64,000 nt of DNA from an uncultured Cytophagales bacterium. Lineage in GTDB: Bacteria; Bacteroidota; Bacteroidia; Cytophagales; Thermonemataceae. Under the pieces are notes generated by a model, which ran no database searches, was not told the origin of the DNA, and saw only the letters and a list, made by a program, of their open reading frames with translations. The stretch covers positions 16,805 through 80,804 of the forward strand of contig CALEMF010000031.1 of the NCBI GenBank assembly GCA_937911505.1, in the 5' to 3' direction. Shown in pieces: positions 20,726 through 28,545 of the stretch. Every line of letters begins with the position of its first letter. Positions within the stretch are counted from its first letter, which is position 1. The position numbers were made by a program, and so were the translations under genes.

Positions 20726-21843
20726 TGCGGCGGAAACATTTAGGTAGAAAGCCGCTGTACTGGTGGCTCTTCTTAGTAGGGCTGCACTTGGCTGGCCTGT
20801 TACTATATGTTCTATATATAAGATCGCTGATTACGGCGGCTTATCAAGGAGAAGCACCAGATTGGTTTACACAGCTTATTAAAGGATTGTATCCGCGCTT
20901 CTTTACAGAGCAACATCGCTTTCCAATGGCTTTTTTTTTGGAAAAAGCTGATCAAATCTTGTTGCGTTATCTACTTTTTATAAGTATGGCAGGCGGGGTG
21001 TACTACTTTTACACTAGCTACCAACAGCCTTGGCGAAAACTCACACAACCTCAAATCACACCTCAGCAGGCGTATTGGCTGCGCATCGCTTGGGTGGTTA
21101 TTAGTCTTTGGGCTGCTTATGACTGGCAAGGTATTCTGCTCAACATGCACCGAGCAGCAGCTTTTTATGCGCCTATTTCGTTTTATCGCCTTTATCCTGT
21201 ATTTCCCTCAAAGATATTGATTCAGCTTTGCTGGTGGGGATGGCTAGTGGCTACTTTACTTAGCTTAACGCGCTGGAAAACTACCCTATGGACCTCCCTA
21301 TCAGTAGGGTTGTTTATAATACAACAAGGCTGGCTATGGGGATTCCATAAAATGGATCATACCTGGGCAAGCCTCAACTATATGAGTTTGTGGATGCCAC
21401 TATTGGTTGTGCAACAGCAACAAGCCCAGCGCAAGGAAAAGACGTTTTTTCCTGCCTCAGCTTTATTTTTGATACAGGTCAGCATCGCCTTCGTTTACCT
21501 ACAAGCGGGCCTTGAGAAGCTATTAGTAGGAGGGTGGGGCTGGTTAGAGGGCGCTACTTTCCGTACTTTTTTATTAAGTGCACAAACAGATATGGGGCGT
21601 TGGGTGGCGCAACACGATTTTCTCTGTCAATTACTACCTGTTTTAGGGATTATATTTGAGTTGGGCTTTTTAGCTGTTTTTATTAGTAAATTTTGGAGAA
21701 TAATTTGGCTTATAGCAGGTATATTATTTCATTTAGGAACTTTTTTACTGTTGGGAGCGGGTTGGTACATCACACCGTGGACATTGCTCTACATTTTTTA
21801 TATATTTCCACAAAAAAATAGTCATTTAGCAAAACCTGTATAA
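20722..21843 (+). CDS. polytopic membrane protein, possibly HTTM (vitamin K-dependent carboxylase-like) domain
   Basis: About 373 aa from the ATG at 20722, with 8 or more hydrophobic helices. The AYWLRIAWVVISLWAAYDW...FYRLYP...WWGWLVATLLSLTRWKT pattern resembles an HTTM N-terminal region. The family assignment is tentative. Confidence 0.4.
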   Translation: MMRRKHLGRKPLYWWLFLVGLHLAGLLLYVLYIRSLITAAYQGEAPDWFTQLIKGLYPRFFTEQHRFPMAFFLEKADQILLRYLLFISMAGGVYYFYTSYQQPWRKLTQPQITPQQAYWLRIAWVVISLWAAYDWQGILLNMHRAAAFYAPISFYRLYPVFPSKILIQLCWWGWLVATLLSLTRWKTTLWTSLSVGLFIIQQGWLWGFHKMDHTWASLNYMSLWMPLLVVQQQQAQRKEKTFFPASALFLIQVSIAFVYLQAGLEKLLVGGWGWLEGATFRTFLLSAQTDMGRWVAQHDFLCQLLPVLGIIFELGFLAVFISKFWRIIWLIAGILFHLGTFLLLGAGWYITPWTLLYIFYIFPQKNSHLAKPV

Positions 21844-21964
21844 GAATTTACGTGTTAAAACAGCTAAGACATACTTTTTTAGCATAATGCTTGTTCAACC
21901 AGTTCAATGATAGGAGTGAATTATCATCCTACCTTATTTAAATATTTTTTAAATAATACACCCT

Positions 21965-22897
21965 ATGGATCTCACACTTTTACTAAGCAGTGGTTTCGTC
22001 AAGGCGTTGGCAGCCCTCTTCTACATTCTACTCATCGTTTTTGAGAGTTATATTAGCTTTAAGAAAAAAAAGAAAGTTTATGAAAAAAATGATACATTTA
22101 TTAACCTAAGTTTGGGTGTCTTTACCTCTGTTACCAAATTACTTATAAAAGGAGTCACGCTTGGCTTTTTTTATCTTGTACAACAACACTTGGCGCTTGC
22201 GACTATTCCGATTAATTCGATCGTAGGCTTTATTGTACTGTTTGTACTGAATGATCTCACTTTTTATTGGTACCATCGTGTCAGCCATGAGAGCCGTTTA
22301 TTTTGGTCTTTACACGTAGCACACCACTCTTCTAGTATTTTTAATGCCTCTACTGCTATTCGAGGTAATTTTCTGCATTTCCTCTATCGCTTTATTTTTT
22401 GGAGCCCGCTGGTCATTATAGGCTTTGATCCACTCTTGGTAGTGTTGGTAGATGAAATAGGCTTTTATTACCAAATGTGGATTCATACAGAAGCAATCAA
22501 GAAAATGCCACGTTGGTTTGAACGTATTTTTAACTCACCTATGCACCATCGGGTACATCACGGAAGTAATGCACTCTATTTAGATAAGAATTATGCGGCA
22601 GTGTTCATTATCTGGGACAAGTGGTTTGGTTCCTATCAAGGCGAGACAGAAAAAGTAAATTATGGGCTCACCAAGCCTCTGGAGAAACAAACGCTCTTCA
22701 ATGTCATTACCCACGAGCTGAATGACATTTGGCGAGACGCTTGGCTTGCCAAAAGCTGGAAAGAACGACTCTTTTACATTTTTGGTCACCCTGGAAAGAT
22801 CGCGCGTTACAAAACAGTTAGGCAGAGAGTCCCTATTGTACAAACGCCTAACGAAACAGAAGATTTCGGAAAAAATCATCTAGAAATGATGCATTAA
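21965..22897 (+). CDS. fatty acid hydroxylase / sterol desaturase superfamily membrane enzyme
   Basis: Three histidine boxes: WYHRVSHE (HxxxxH), HVAHHS (HxxHH) and HHRVHHG. Confidence 0.85.
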   Translation: MDLTLLLSSGFVKALAALFYILLIVFESYISFKKKKKVYEKNDTFINLSLGVFTSVTKLLIKGVTLGFFYLVQQHLALATIPINSIVGFIVLFVLNDLTFYWYHRVSHESRLFWSLHVAHHSSSIFNASTAIRGNFLHFLYRFIFWSPLVIIGFDPLLVVLVDEIGFYYQMWIHTEAIKKMPRWFERIFNSPMHHRVHHGSNALYLDKNYAAVFIIWDKWFGSYQGETEKVNYGLTKPLEKQTLFNVITHELNDIWRDAWLAKSWKERLFYIFGHPGKIARYKTVRQRVPIVQTPNETEDFGKNHLEMMH

Positions 22898-23082
22898 GCT
22901 TCTTCTGAATCCTCAATAAGTGTTTTTTGTTCTTGCTTAATGCTCTCTTTTTCAGTCTCGCAATGCTCACAGAGCCATATGCCTACTGTCTCTTGCCACA
23001 AAAGATCTTCTGAGACGGCAGAAACTCCGCAATGCTGACACTGGTGTTGAAAAGCTGCTGTATTAAAATGAATGCCACACAT
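22894..23082 (-). CDS. small zinc-ribbon-like protein (62 aa)
   Basis: Two CxxC pairs (CQHC, CEHC) and an acidic tail. Lies 63 nt downstream of mtaB on the same strand. Support is the ORF and the cysteine pattern only. Confidence 0.35.
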   Translation of the reverse strand: MCGIHFNTAAFQHQCQHCGVSAVSEDLLWQETVGIWLCEHCETEKESIKQEQKTLIEDSEEA

Positions 23083-23145
23083 AATGTTATAATTTTAAAA
23101 AGATACAAGACATAAGATACAGGACGCTAAACTAGCTTATAGCAC

Positions 23146-24474
23146 CTATTTTTCAGAAAGAATCGCTAGTTCATCTAACTCTTCTACTTCCATTAAGCCG
23201 TTGGTGTTGATAGCCGCCATACGTACCTTTTTCAAGGTATTAATCAGTAATGGATCATATTTAGCTACCACCCGTACATAATTTTCAGTAAAGCCTTCCA
23301 TTAGCCCTTCTGCGATATCCTTCTCAAATAAAACAGTTCCAGTACGGCCTACGTTCATTTCGTAAAACTGACGGCGCTTCTTGTCAGAGAGGTTGTGCAA
23401 TTGTTTGGAGCGTTCACTACGAATGTGCTTAGGAATCGCACCTTCTAACGCTACTGCCGCTGTATTGGCCCGCTCTGAATAGGAAAAAACGTGGAGATAA
23501 GAAATATCGAGCGCATTCAGAAAATGGTAGGTGTCTAAGAAATCTGCTTCAGTCTCGCCCGGAAAACCTACAATGACATCTACTCCTATACAAGCGTGTG
23601 GCATTTTTGCTTTGATGGTCTGTACCCGTTCTTCGTACAACTCCCGAACGTAACGGCGGCGCATCGCGCGAAGTATTTTGTTGCTTCCTGATTGTAATGG
23701 AATATGAAAATGTGGCACAAATTGCTTTGACTGCGCCACAAAGGCAATGATTTCGTTTGTAAGTAAGTTAGGTTCTATGGAAGAGATGCGGAAGCGATCG
23801 ATGCCTTCCACCGCATCCAAAGCTTTTACAAGATCAATGAACTTCTCTTGGCGCTTCCCTTCTATGATGCCGAAGTCGCCAATATTGACGCCTGTGAGTA
23901 CTACCTCTTTTACTTCCGTTTGTGCAATCTGCTGCGCTTGTTGTACCAACTTTTCGATAGTAGTACTTCTGCTCTTACCGCGTGCCAAAGGAATGGTACA
24001 AAAGCTACAGTTGTAATTGCAACCGTCTTGTACCTTTAGAAAAGTACGGGTACGATCCCCAAAAGAGTGCGCTTCTACAAAGTGATGGCGCACCTCCTTC
24101 ACCTCCGAGGCAAATACCTGCGGGGCAGGCTTGCGCTCAAAAGTACCTAGTAAATCAATCAACTGGAACTTCTCGGCAGCGCCGAGTACAGCATCTACGC
24201 CTTCTATCTCAGCAATTTCCTTGGGCTTTAACTGAGCATAGCAGCCAATAATGGCTACGAAAGCATCGGGAGAGATTTTTCGTGCCTCTCTTACAATTTT
24301 CTTACACTTCTTATCAGCATTTTCTGTTACAGAGCAAGTATTGATGATAAAAATATCAGGTTGCGCTGTAAAAGCTACCTTCTGAAAGCCACGTGCTTCG
24401 AACATACGTCCAATCGAAGAGGTTTCAGAGAAATTGAGCTTACATCCTAGGGTATAGAAGGCTACTTTTTTCAT
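23146..24474 (-). CDS. mtaB: tRNA t6A37 methylthiotransferase (MiaB-like radical SAM, MtaB type)
   Basis: UPF0004 N-domain (FYTLGCKLNFSE...INTCSV..A), radical SAM CNYNCSFCTIP and a C-terminal TRAM-like region. 442 aa. Confidence 0.9.
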   Translation of the reverse strand: MKKVAFYTLGCKLNFSETSSIGRMFEARGFQKVAFTAQPDIFIINTCSVTENADKKCKKIVREARKISPDAFVAIIGCYAQLKPKEIAEIEGVDAVLGAAEKFQLIDLLGTFERKPAPQVFASEVKEVRHHFVEAHSFGDRTRTFLKVQDGCNYNCSFCTIPLARGKSRSTTIEKLVQQAQQIAQTEVKEVVLTGVNIGDFGIIEGKRQEKFIDLVKALDAVEGIDRFRISSIEPNLLTNEIIAFVAQSKQFVPHFHIPLQSGSNKILRAMRRRYVRELYEERVQTIKAKMPHACIGVDVIVGFPGETEADFLDTYHFLNALDISYLHVFSYSERANTAAVALEGAIPKHIRSERSKQLHNLSDKKRRQFYEMNVGRTGTVLFEKDIAEGLMEGFTENYVRVVAKYDPLLINTLKKVRMAAINTNGLMEVEELDELAILSEK

Positions 24475-24587
24475 AGTGGCGCAAATTTACCAAAATTGTG
24501 GGAAACTTGCTAGTAATCAAAAAGCGATAATAGGTTTTACTATCCAGTATACTTTGTACTCACTACTTTGTACTAAATACCAATAAC

Positions 24588-25244
24588 CTACAAAATCACT
24601 ACCTTATTCCTGATGGCGTAGGCCATTAAGCCGGAGCGGCTCTTTACTTTTAGTTTCTTAAAGAGGGCGTCTCGGTAGCCGTCGACGGTTCTGGGGCTTA
24701 CTCCCATTTCTTCAGCGATGGTTTTATAGGTTTTCTCGGTACAGATCAGCTTCAAAAACTCTATTTCTTTGTAGTTAAGGTTTGCTATTCGCTCTGTTTC
24801 TTGGCTAGGTTGTAGAGAATTAGCAAGCGCTAATGAGGCGATATCGGAGTAGTAAAAGCCTTTGTCCATCACGGAATCTAGCGCAAACTTGAGCTCGTGC
24901 GTTTCAACGTCTTTTAAAACGTAGCCGTGTACACCTGCTTTTACCATGCGAATGATGGTAGCATTTTGGTCGTACATAGAGAGCGCAAGTACTTTTATAT
25001 CAGGATATTCTTGGCGAAGTGCCTCACAAGTATCAACGCCATCCATCACGGGCATATTGATGTCGAGTAGAATTAAGTCAGGTAAGTCTTTGATTTGTAA
25101 TTGTTCTAGTAAGTCCTTGCCGTGATCTGCTTCTATCACCACCCGATAATTATCAATGGTACTGATGATTTCAGCCAGCCCTTGTCTAAAAAGGCGGTGG
25201 TCGTCGGCGAGGGCTACTTTAACAGTTTCATTACTCATAGGCAT
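24588..25244 (-). CDS. LuxR/NarL-family response regulator
   Basis: REC domain (ALADDH...DLILLDINMPVMDG...K) plus a C-terminal LuxR HTH (TYKTIAEEMGVSPRTVDGYR..LFKKL). Confidence 0.9.
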   Translation of the reverse strand: MPMSNETVKVALADDHRLFRQGLAEIISTIDNYRVVIEADHGKDLLEQLQIKDLPDLILLDINMPVMDGVDTCEALRQEYPDIKVLALSMYDQNATIIRMVKAGVHGYVLKDVETHELKFALDSVMDKGFYYSDIASLALANSLQPSQETERIANLNYKEIEFLKLICTEKTYKTIAEEMGVSPRTVDGYRDALFKKLKVKSRSGLMAYAIRNKVVIL

Positions 25245-26058
25245 ATATTTTATCGTTTTCGTACGGGTAGGTCAAGGTAAAAGTGGCACCTCTTTCTTCA
25301 TTATTCTGCCAATGTAGTGTGGCGCCAATCAGTCCTGCCCTATACTCCATATTCTTAATGCCCGACCCATTACCAACGAGTGGCTGATCGCCCAATCCTT
25401 TCCCGTTATCAATCACTGCAATCACCAAGTTGTCTTGCGTATAGGTAATCTGCACGTCAATCAATTGGGCTTGTGCGTGCTTGATGGCATTATTGAATAG
25501 TTCTTGAAATATTCTAAAGATAATAATTTTTACCTTTTGATCCAGCCGATAGGCCTCTCCATTTTGTATAAAACTTACTTGGAGGTGTTCCATCTCAGGC
25601 ACTTGCGAGAGTGCAGTACGAATACTTTCTACCAAGCTGATGTCGGCAATGATGTCACTATTGAGTAATTTAGAGAGCCCGCGTAAGTCTTGGATGGCTT
25701 TGCCTACTAAGTTTTTGGTGGTGGTGATTTTGTTAGAAGCCTCTTCTATCTTTGTGGTATTGATGGCATTGAGGTTGAGCTTCGCCAGAGAAAGAATCTG
25801 CCCAATGTTGTCGTGGATTTCCCGCGCAATGTTTTGCATCGTTTGGTCCTGAATTTCTAGTTGGGTTTGAACGATTTCTTTCTCATAGTTTTCTTTTAAT
25901 GTGACGATGTCTCGCTGAAACTGGTGCCGTCTTTTCTGATAGAGAAAGACAAAAATAACAATGAAAGTGCCTAGGCCAACGACCAGCAGTACTGTGGCCA
26001 AGAGCGTAAACGCTATTTCTGATTCAGTGGTCTGCATAAAAATCCGATGATAAAGCAT
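25231..26058 (-). CDS. sensor histidine kinase (HisKA_3 + HATPase_c, NarX/DesK type)
   Basis: One TM helix, H-box IAREIHDNIGQ, N-box FQELFNNAIKHA and G-boxes DNGKG, GSGIKNM. Its 3-prime end overlaps the response regulator start. Confidence 0.85.
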   Translation of the reverse strand: MLYHRIFMQTTESEIAFTLLATVLLVVGLGTFIVIFVFLYQKRRHQFQRDIVTLKENYEKEIVQTQLEIQDQTMQNIAREIHDNIGQILSLAKLNLNAINTTKIEEASNKITTTKNLVGKAIQDLRGLSKLLNSDIIADISLVESIRTALSQVPEMEHLQVSFIQNGEAYRLDQKVKIIIFRIFQELFNNAIKHAQAQLIDVQITYTQDNLVIAVIDNGKGLGDQPLVGNGSGIKNMEYRAGLIGATLHWQNNEERGATFTLTYPYENDKIYAYE

Positions 26059-26669
26059 ATGTACATAATGATAATGAGTATGTGCGTAAGGAGCATATAC
26101 TCTACGGCCATTTGCCGATAGTGTTGATTCAAATAATTAAGAATTCCGTGAAAGGGCGTATTACCAATATAAAAGAAAAGTAAGCCTACACTGATCCAAA
26201 AGAGGGGCAGACGTATCAGGTCTACTACGGTTGGTTTTCTGAGCAAGTCGAGAAAGTAAGTAACAATGATGAAAATGATAACTATATTGCTAATGAGTCC
26301 CCCTGTAGTATTGTATTGATGCCAATCTGTAAGCGTAAGTATAAATACTAAGGGTGCTACAATCGTTATAATCGTAAGAATTTGTCTGGTGATCCCCTTA
26401 TGAACTGCCCTTGAGTATAACCAACATAAGTAAGGTGTTTCGATGAGTCTATAAATGTTGTATATTATATGATTATCTTTCTCCCACCAAATAGGAATTA
26501 CCTCTGGTAAGATGGAAATGAAAATAAAACCTACGAAAGTTTTCAAATAATTGGGTTGAAAAAAGGGATATTTTGTCAAACCTATGATAAAAGCGATAAT
26601 CATTAGTGGTAAATAGAATTCAGATAAGCCAAGTGTCATATATTCAGGGGTCGTAATATGATACAACAC
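26013..26669 (-). CDS. seven-TM membrane protein, possible sensor module of the adjacent kinase
   Basis: About 7 hydrophobic helices and no soluble domain. The track start is a GTG; the first ATG is at 26637-26639. Its 3-prime end overlaps the kinase ORF by 46 nt in another frame. Confidence 0.5.
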   Translation of the reverse strand: MLYHITTPEYMTLGLSEFYLPLMIIAFIIGLTKYPFFQPNYLKTFVGFIFISILPEVIPIWWEKDNHIIYNIYRLIETPYLCWLYSRAVHKGITRQILTIITIVAPLVFILTLTDWHQYNTTGGLISNIVIIFIIVTYFLDLLRKPTVVDLIRLPLFWISVGLLFFYIGNTPFHGILNYLNQHYRQMAVEYMLLTHILIIIMYICFIIGFLCRPLNQK

Positions 26670-26706
26670 CCCGAATATAGACTAATTGTAAGTGAAAAGC
26701 TAGGAT

Positions 26707-27213
26707 TTAATAGGGCGGAGAAAGTTTTCCAAGATTTTGGTACTGTCCCTCAAGGTCATTCCCTGTACTTTCGTTGTTAAAACTACTTTCACTCAGTTTA
26801 GAGAAAGTCACCAACGACTCATCGCTTGCTAGTTTCTCAGGCTTTTTAGTTTCTTTACTGGCGGTGGGTACAAATACCAACGTATGGCTCCCTTCTGAGT
26901 CACCGCCTTTTCCTTTGGGATACATCGCATAGTGAAAACGAATCCCATTTACTCCTGACTGCCTTACTTTTTCAACAAAGGCTTTTACTTCCTTTTCTGG
27001 TAGCTTACAGCCAAGTGCTTCTACAAGTTGGTCGACATTAAACCAGCAACTTTTGGCATCTTCAAACTTTGTTTTTTTGGTAAGACTTAAGCCGAGCTTG
27101 TTCATTTGTGGAATTCTCTCTACCCCGTAGGCTTTGATCATTTCTTTTAATTCCTCCTGTGTCATTTTGTGTTCAAGGTTTAATTTTACAATGGTTTTCC
27201 GAAGATAAAACAT
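26707..27213 (-). CDS. hypothetical protein (152-168 aa)
   Basis: ORF with ATG starts at 27213 and 27165. No motif recognised. AT-rich. Confidence 0.4.
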   Translation of the reverse strand: MFYLRKTIVKLNLEHKMTQEELKEMIKAYGVERIPQMNKLGLSLTKKTKFEDAKSCWFNVDQLVEALGCKLPEKEVKAFVEKVRQSGVNGIRFHYAMYPKGKGGDSEGSHTLVFVPTASKETKKPEKLASDESLVTFSKLSESSFNNESTGNDLEGQYQNLGKLSPPY

Positions 27214-27282
27214 TCCTAATGAAATATCCTAATCCCAAAAAAGTGTAAAAATATTAAAATATTGATAATGAGATTATTAACT

Positions 27283-27377
27283 AAAAAAAATGGGTGTTTT
27301 TCCCCGACCCCTCAGTGAAAACACCCTAAAAAATACGTGAAAAACACCCTAAAAAAATGGGTGTTTTTCACGTTGAC
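27283..27377. repeat. two adjacent inverted-repeat hairpins built from four copies of an A-tract + TGGGTGTTTTT(CACG) unit
   Basis: Core GGGTGTTTT at 27292-27300 (+) and 27359-27367 (+). Its complement AAAACACCC at 27318-27326 and 27341-27349. 27336-27349 (CGTGAAAAACACCC) is a perfect 14-nt inverted repeat of 27359-27372 with loop TAAAAAAAT. A fifth core copy lies at 27511-27519. Confidence 0.85.
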
Positions 27378-27403
27378 TTATATAAAAAGAAGGCGTAGCT
27401 TTG
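27373..27403 (+). promoter_or_regulatory. candidate plus-strand promoter
   Basis: TTGACT at 27373-27378, a 17-nt spacer, then TAGCTTTG at 27396-27403. This fits both TTGACA-N17-TAnnnT and the Bacteroidota -7 box TAnnTTTG. It directly abuts the palindromes. Confidence 0.25.
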
Positions 27404-27409
27404 TTGTGA

Positions 27410-27525
27410 AGATTAAGTTATATCAGTACAGAACAGAAAGCTGAACACTAATACCTACGCATTTTATAAGACAATAGTGGTATTCTTCATAAAGCACCTT
27501 CCCTTTGGGAGGGTGTTTTATTTTA
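27410..27525 (+). ncRNA. candidate small RNA (about 115 nt) with no coding potential
   Basis: The promoter-like element at 27373-27403 and the intrinsic terminator at 27495-27525 bracket a stretch with no ATG-initiated ORF. Both flanking genes are on the other strand. Confidence 0.2.
27495..27525 (+). terminator. intrinsic terminator, best formed on the plus-strand RNA (may also end the minus-strand cluster)
   Basis: GC-rich 9-bp stem pairs 27495-27503 with 27507-27515, followed by TTTTATTTTA. The single T-G pair is a wobble on the plus RNA but an A-C mismatch on the minus RNA. The T-run is on the plus side. Confidence 0.55.
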
Positions 27526-27563
27526 TACACAATATTGTGCCAAAGAGTTTATTGTTAAGCGGC

Positions 27564-28538
27564 TTAGCGATAAATCGCAATCATAATGAGGATGAGGTTC
27601 AACACCACGTAAATAATACCTAGTAACCAAGCCATCAAGCGATCCGTTTTTTCAGATTTTTTGAGCTTTCCTTCGTCTTCATAGCGCAGCGAGAGGGCAG
27701 AAAAGGCAGTAATCACAAATAGGAAAACGAAAGTAATGCCGTGTAGCATATCGACCAAGGTAAGCTCGGAGGTTTCAGGTAAGAAAGAATCAATGACGTA
27801 TTTATTACCAACTGCCCCAAAAAGTCCTCCAACGGGAAGACCGAAACGTGGTTCGATGTGCTGTGCATCAATAAAAAAGCTTACAAAGGCAATGGCAAAA
27901 GAAACGTACATACCCAGAAACACCTTTAAAAAAAGTCCCCAAGCATCCCGCTCAATGCGGATGTCGATGGTAAATTTTCCGTATTCTGATTCCGTCAAGG
28001 AAGTATCACCAAAGCCAGTCGCATACTGGCTAATACCGGTGTGGATGTTGAAATCGGTAATTTTCCAGCCTTCTAAGGTAAGCTCTGGATCATAGAATTT
28101 ACCAATAGTATCGGGCGAGAAAACCATCGTACGGGCATCGTACATGGCGTTTTCTACCACGATTTTTAGGTTCTGATGGTCGAAGGGATAATCCCGTACT
28201 CGCCACGATTGCTTCATAATACAACGCATCTTCATTTGTACCCATTTGTAGTGGTCAAGGCTATCAATAAGCACTTCATCAAAATGAATCTCTTTGGCGT
28301 TGGGTACTTCCACGTCGTCGTCAAAGTCGAGCTCTTCATTATCATAAAGCAGCCAGAGCCAGAAGCGGGCAATGTATTCTTTATCTCTAAAGTTGAAATC
28401 GTGTAGACTAATGACGTAGCAGCCAATTTTCACGGTATCAGGAGCAGCAGGTATGGGGGCTTGTGCTTCGGCAGTGTGGTTAAAGCTCATCCATACAAGC
28501 AGCCAACAGCCACACCACATAAGAAACTTTTTATGCAT
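27564..28538 (-). CDS. prokaryotic pentameric ligand-gated ion channel homologue (GLIC/ELIC-like)
   Basis: 324 aa. Signal peptide, then an extracellular domain beginning VKIGCYVISLHDFNFRDKEYIARFWLWLLYDNEEL. Cys-loop-equivalent motif DYPFDHQNLKI (YPFDxQ). EGWKITDF and FTIDIRIERD precede M1. Four TM helices with a short M3-M4 loop. Confidence 0.85.
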   Translation of the reverse strand: MHKKFLMWCGCWLLVWMSFNHTAEAQAPIPAAPDTVKIGCYVISLHDFNFRDKEYIARFWLWLLYDNEELDFDDDVEVPNAKEIHFDEVLIDSLDHYKWVQMKMRCIMKQSWRVRDYPFDHQNLKIVVENAMYDARTMVFSPDTIGKFYDPELTLEGWKITDFNIHTGISQYATGFGDTSLTESEYGKFTIDIRIERDAWGLFLKVFLGMYVSFAIAFVSFFIDAQHIEPRFGLPVGGLFGAVGNKYVIDSFLPETSELTLVDMLHGITFVFLFVITAFSALSLRYEDEGKLKKSEKTDRLMAWLLGIIYVVLNLILIMIAIYR

Positions 28539-28545
28539 TACTAAC

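Noticed and set aside
27408-27446. A 12-codon GTG-initiated ORF (VKIKLYQYRTES) inside the candidate small RNA.
   Set aside because: It is too short and lacks any start context, so I treat the transcript as non-coding unless ribosome profiling shows otherwise.
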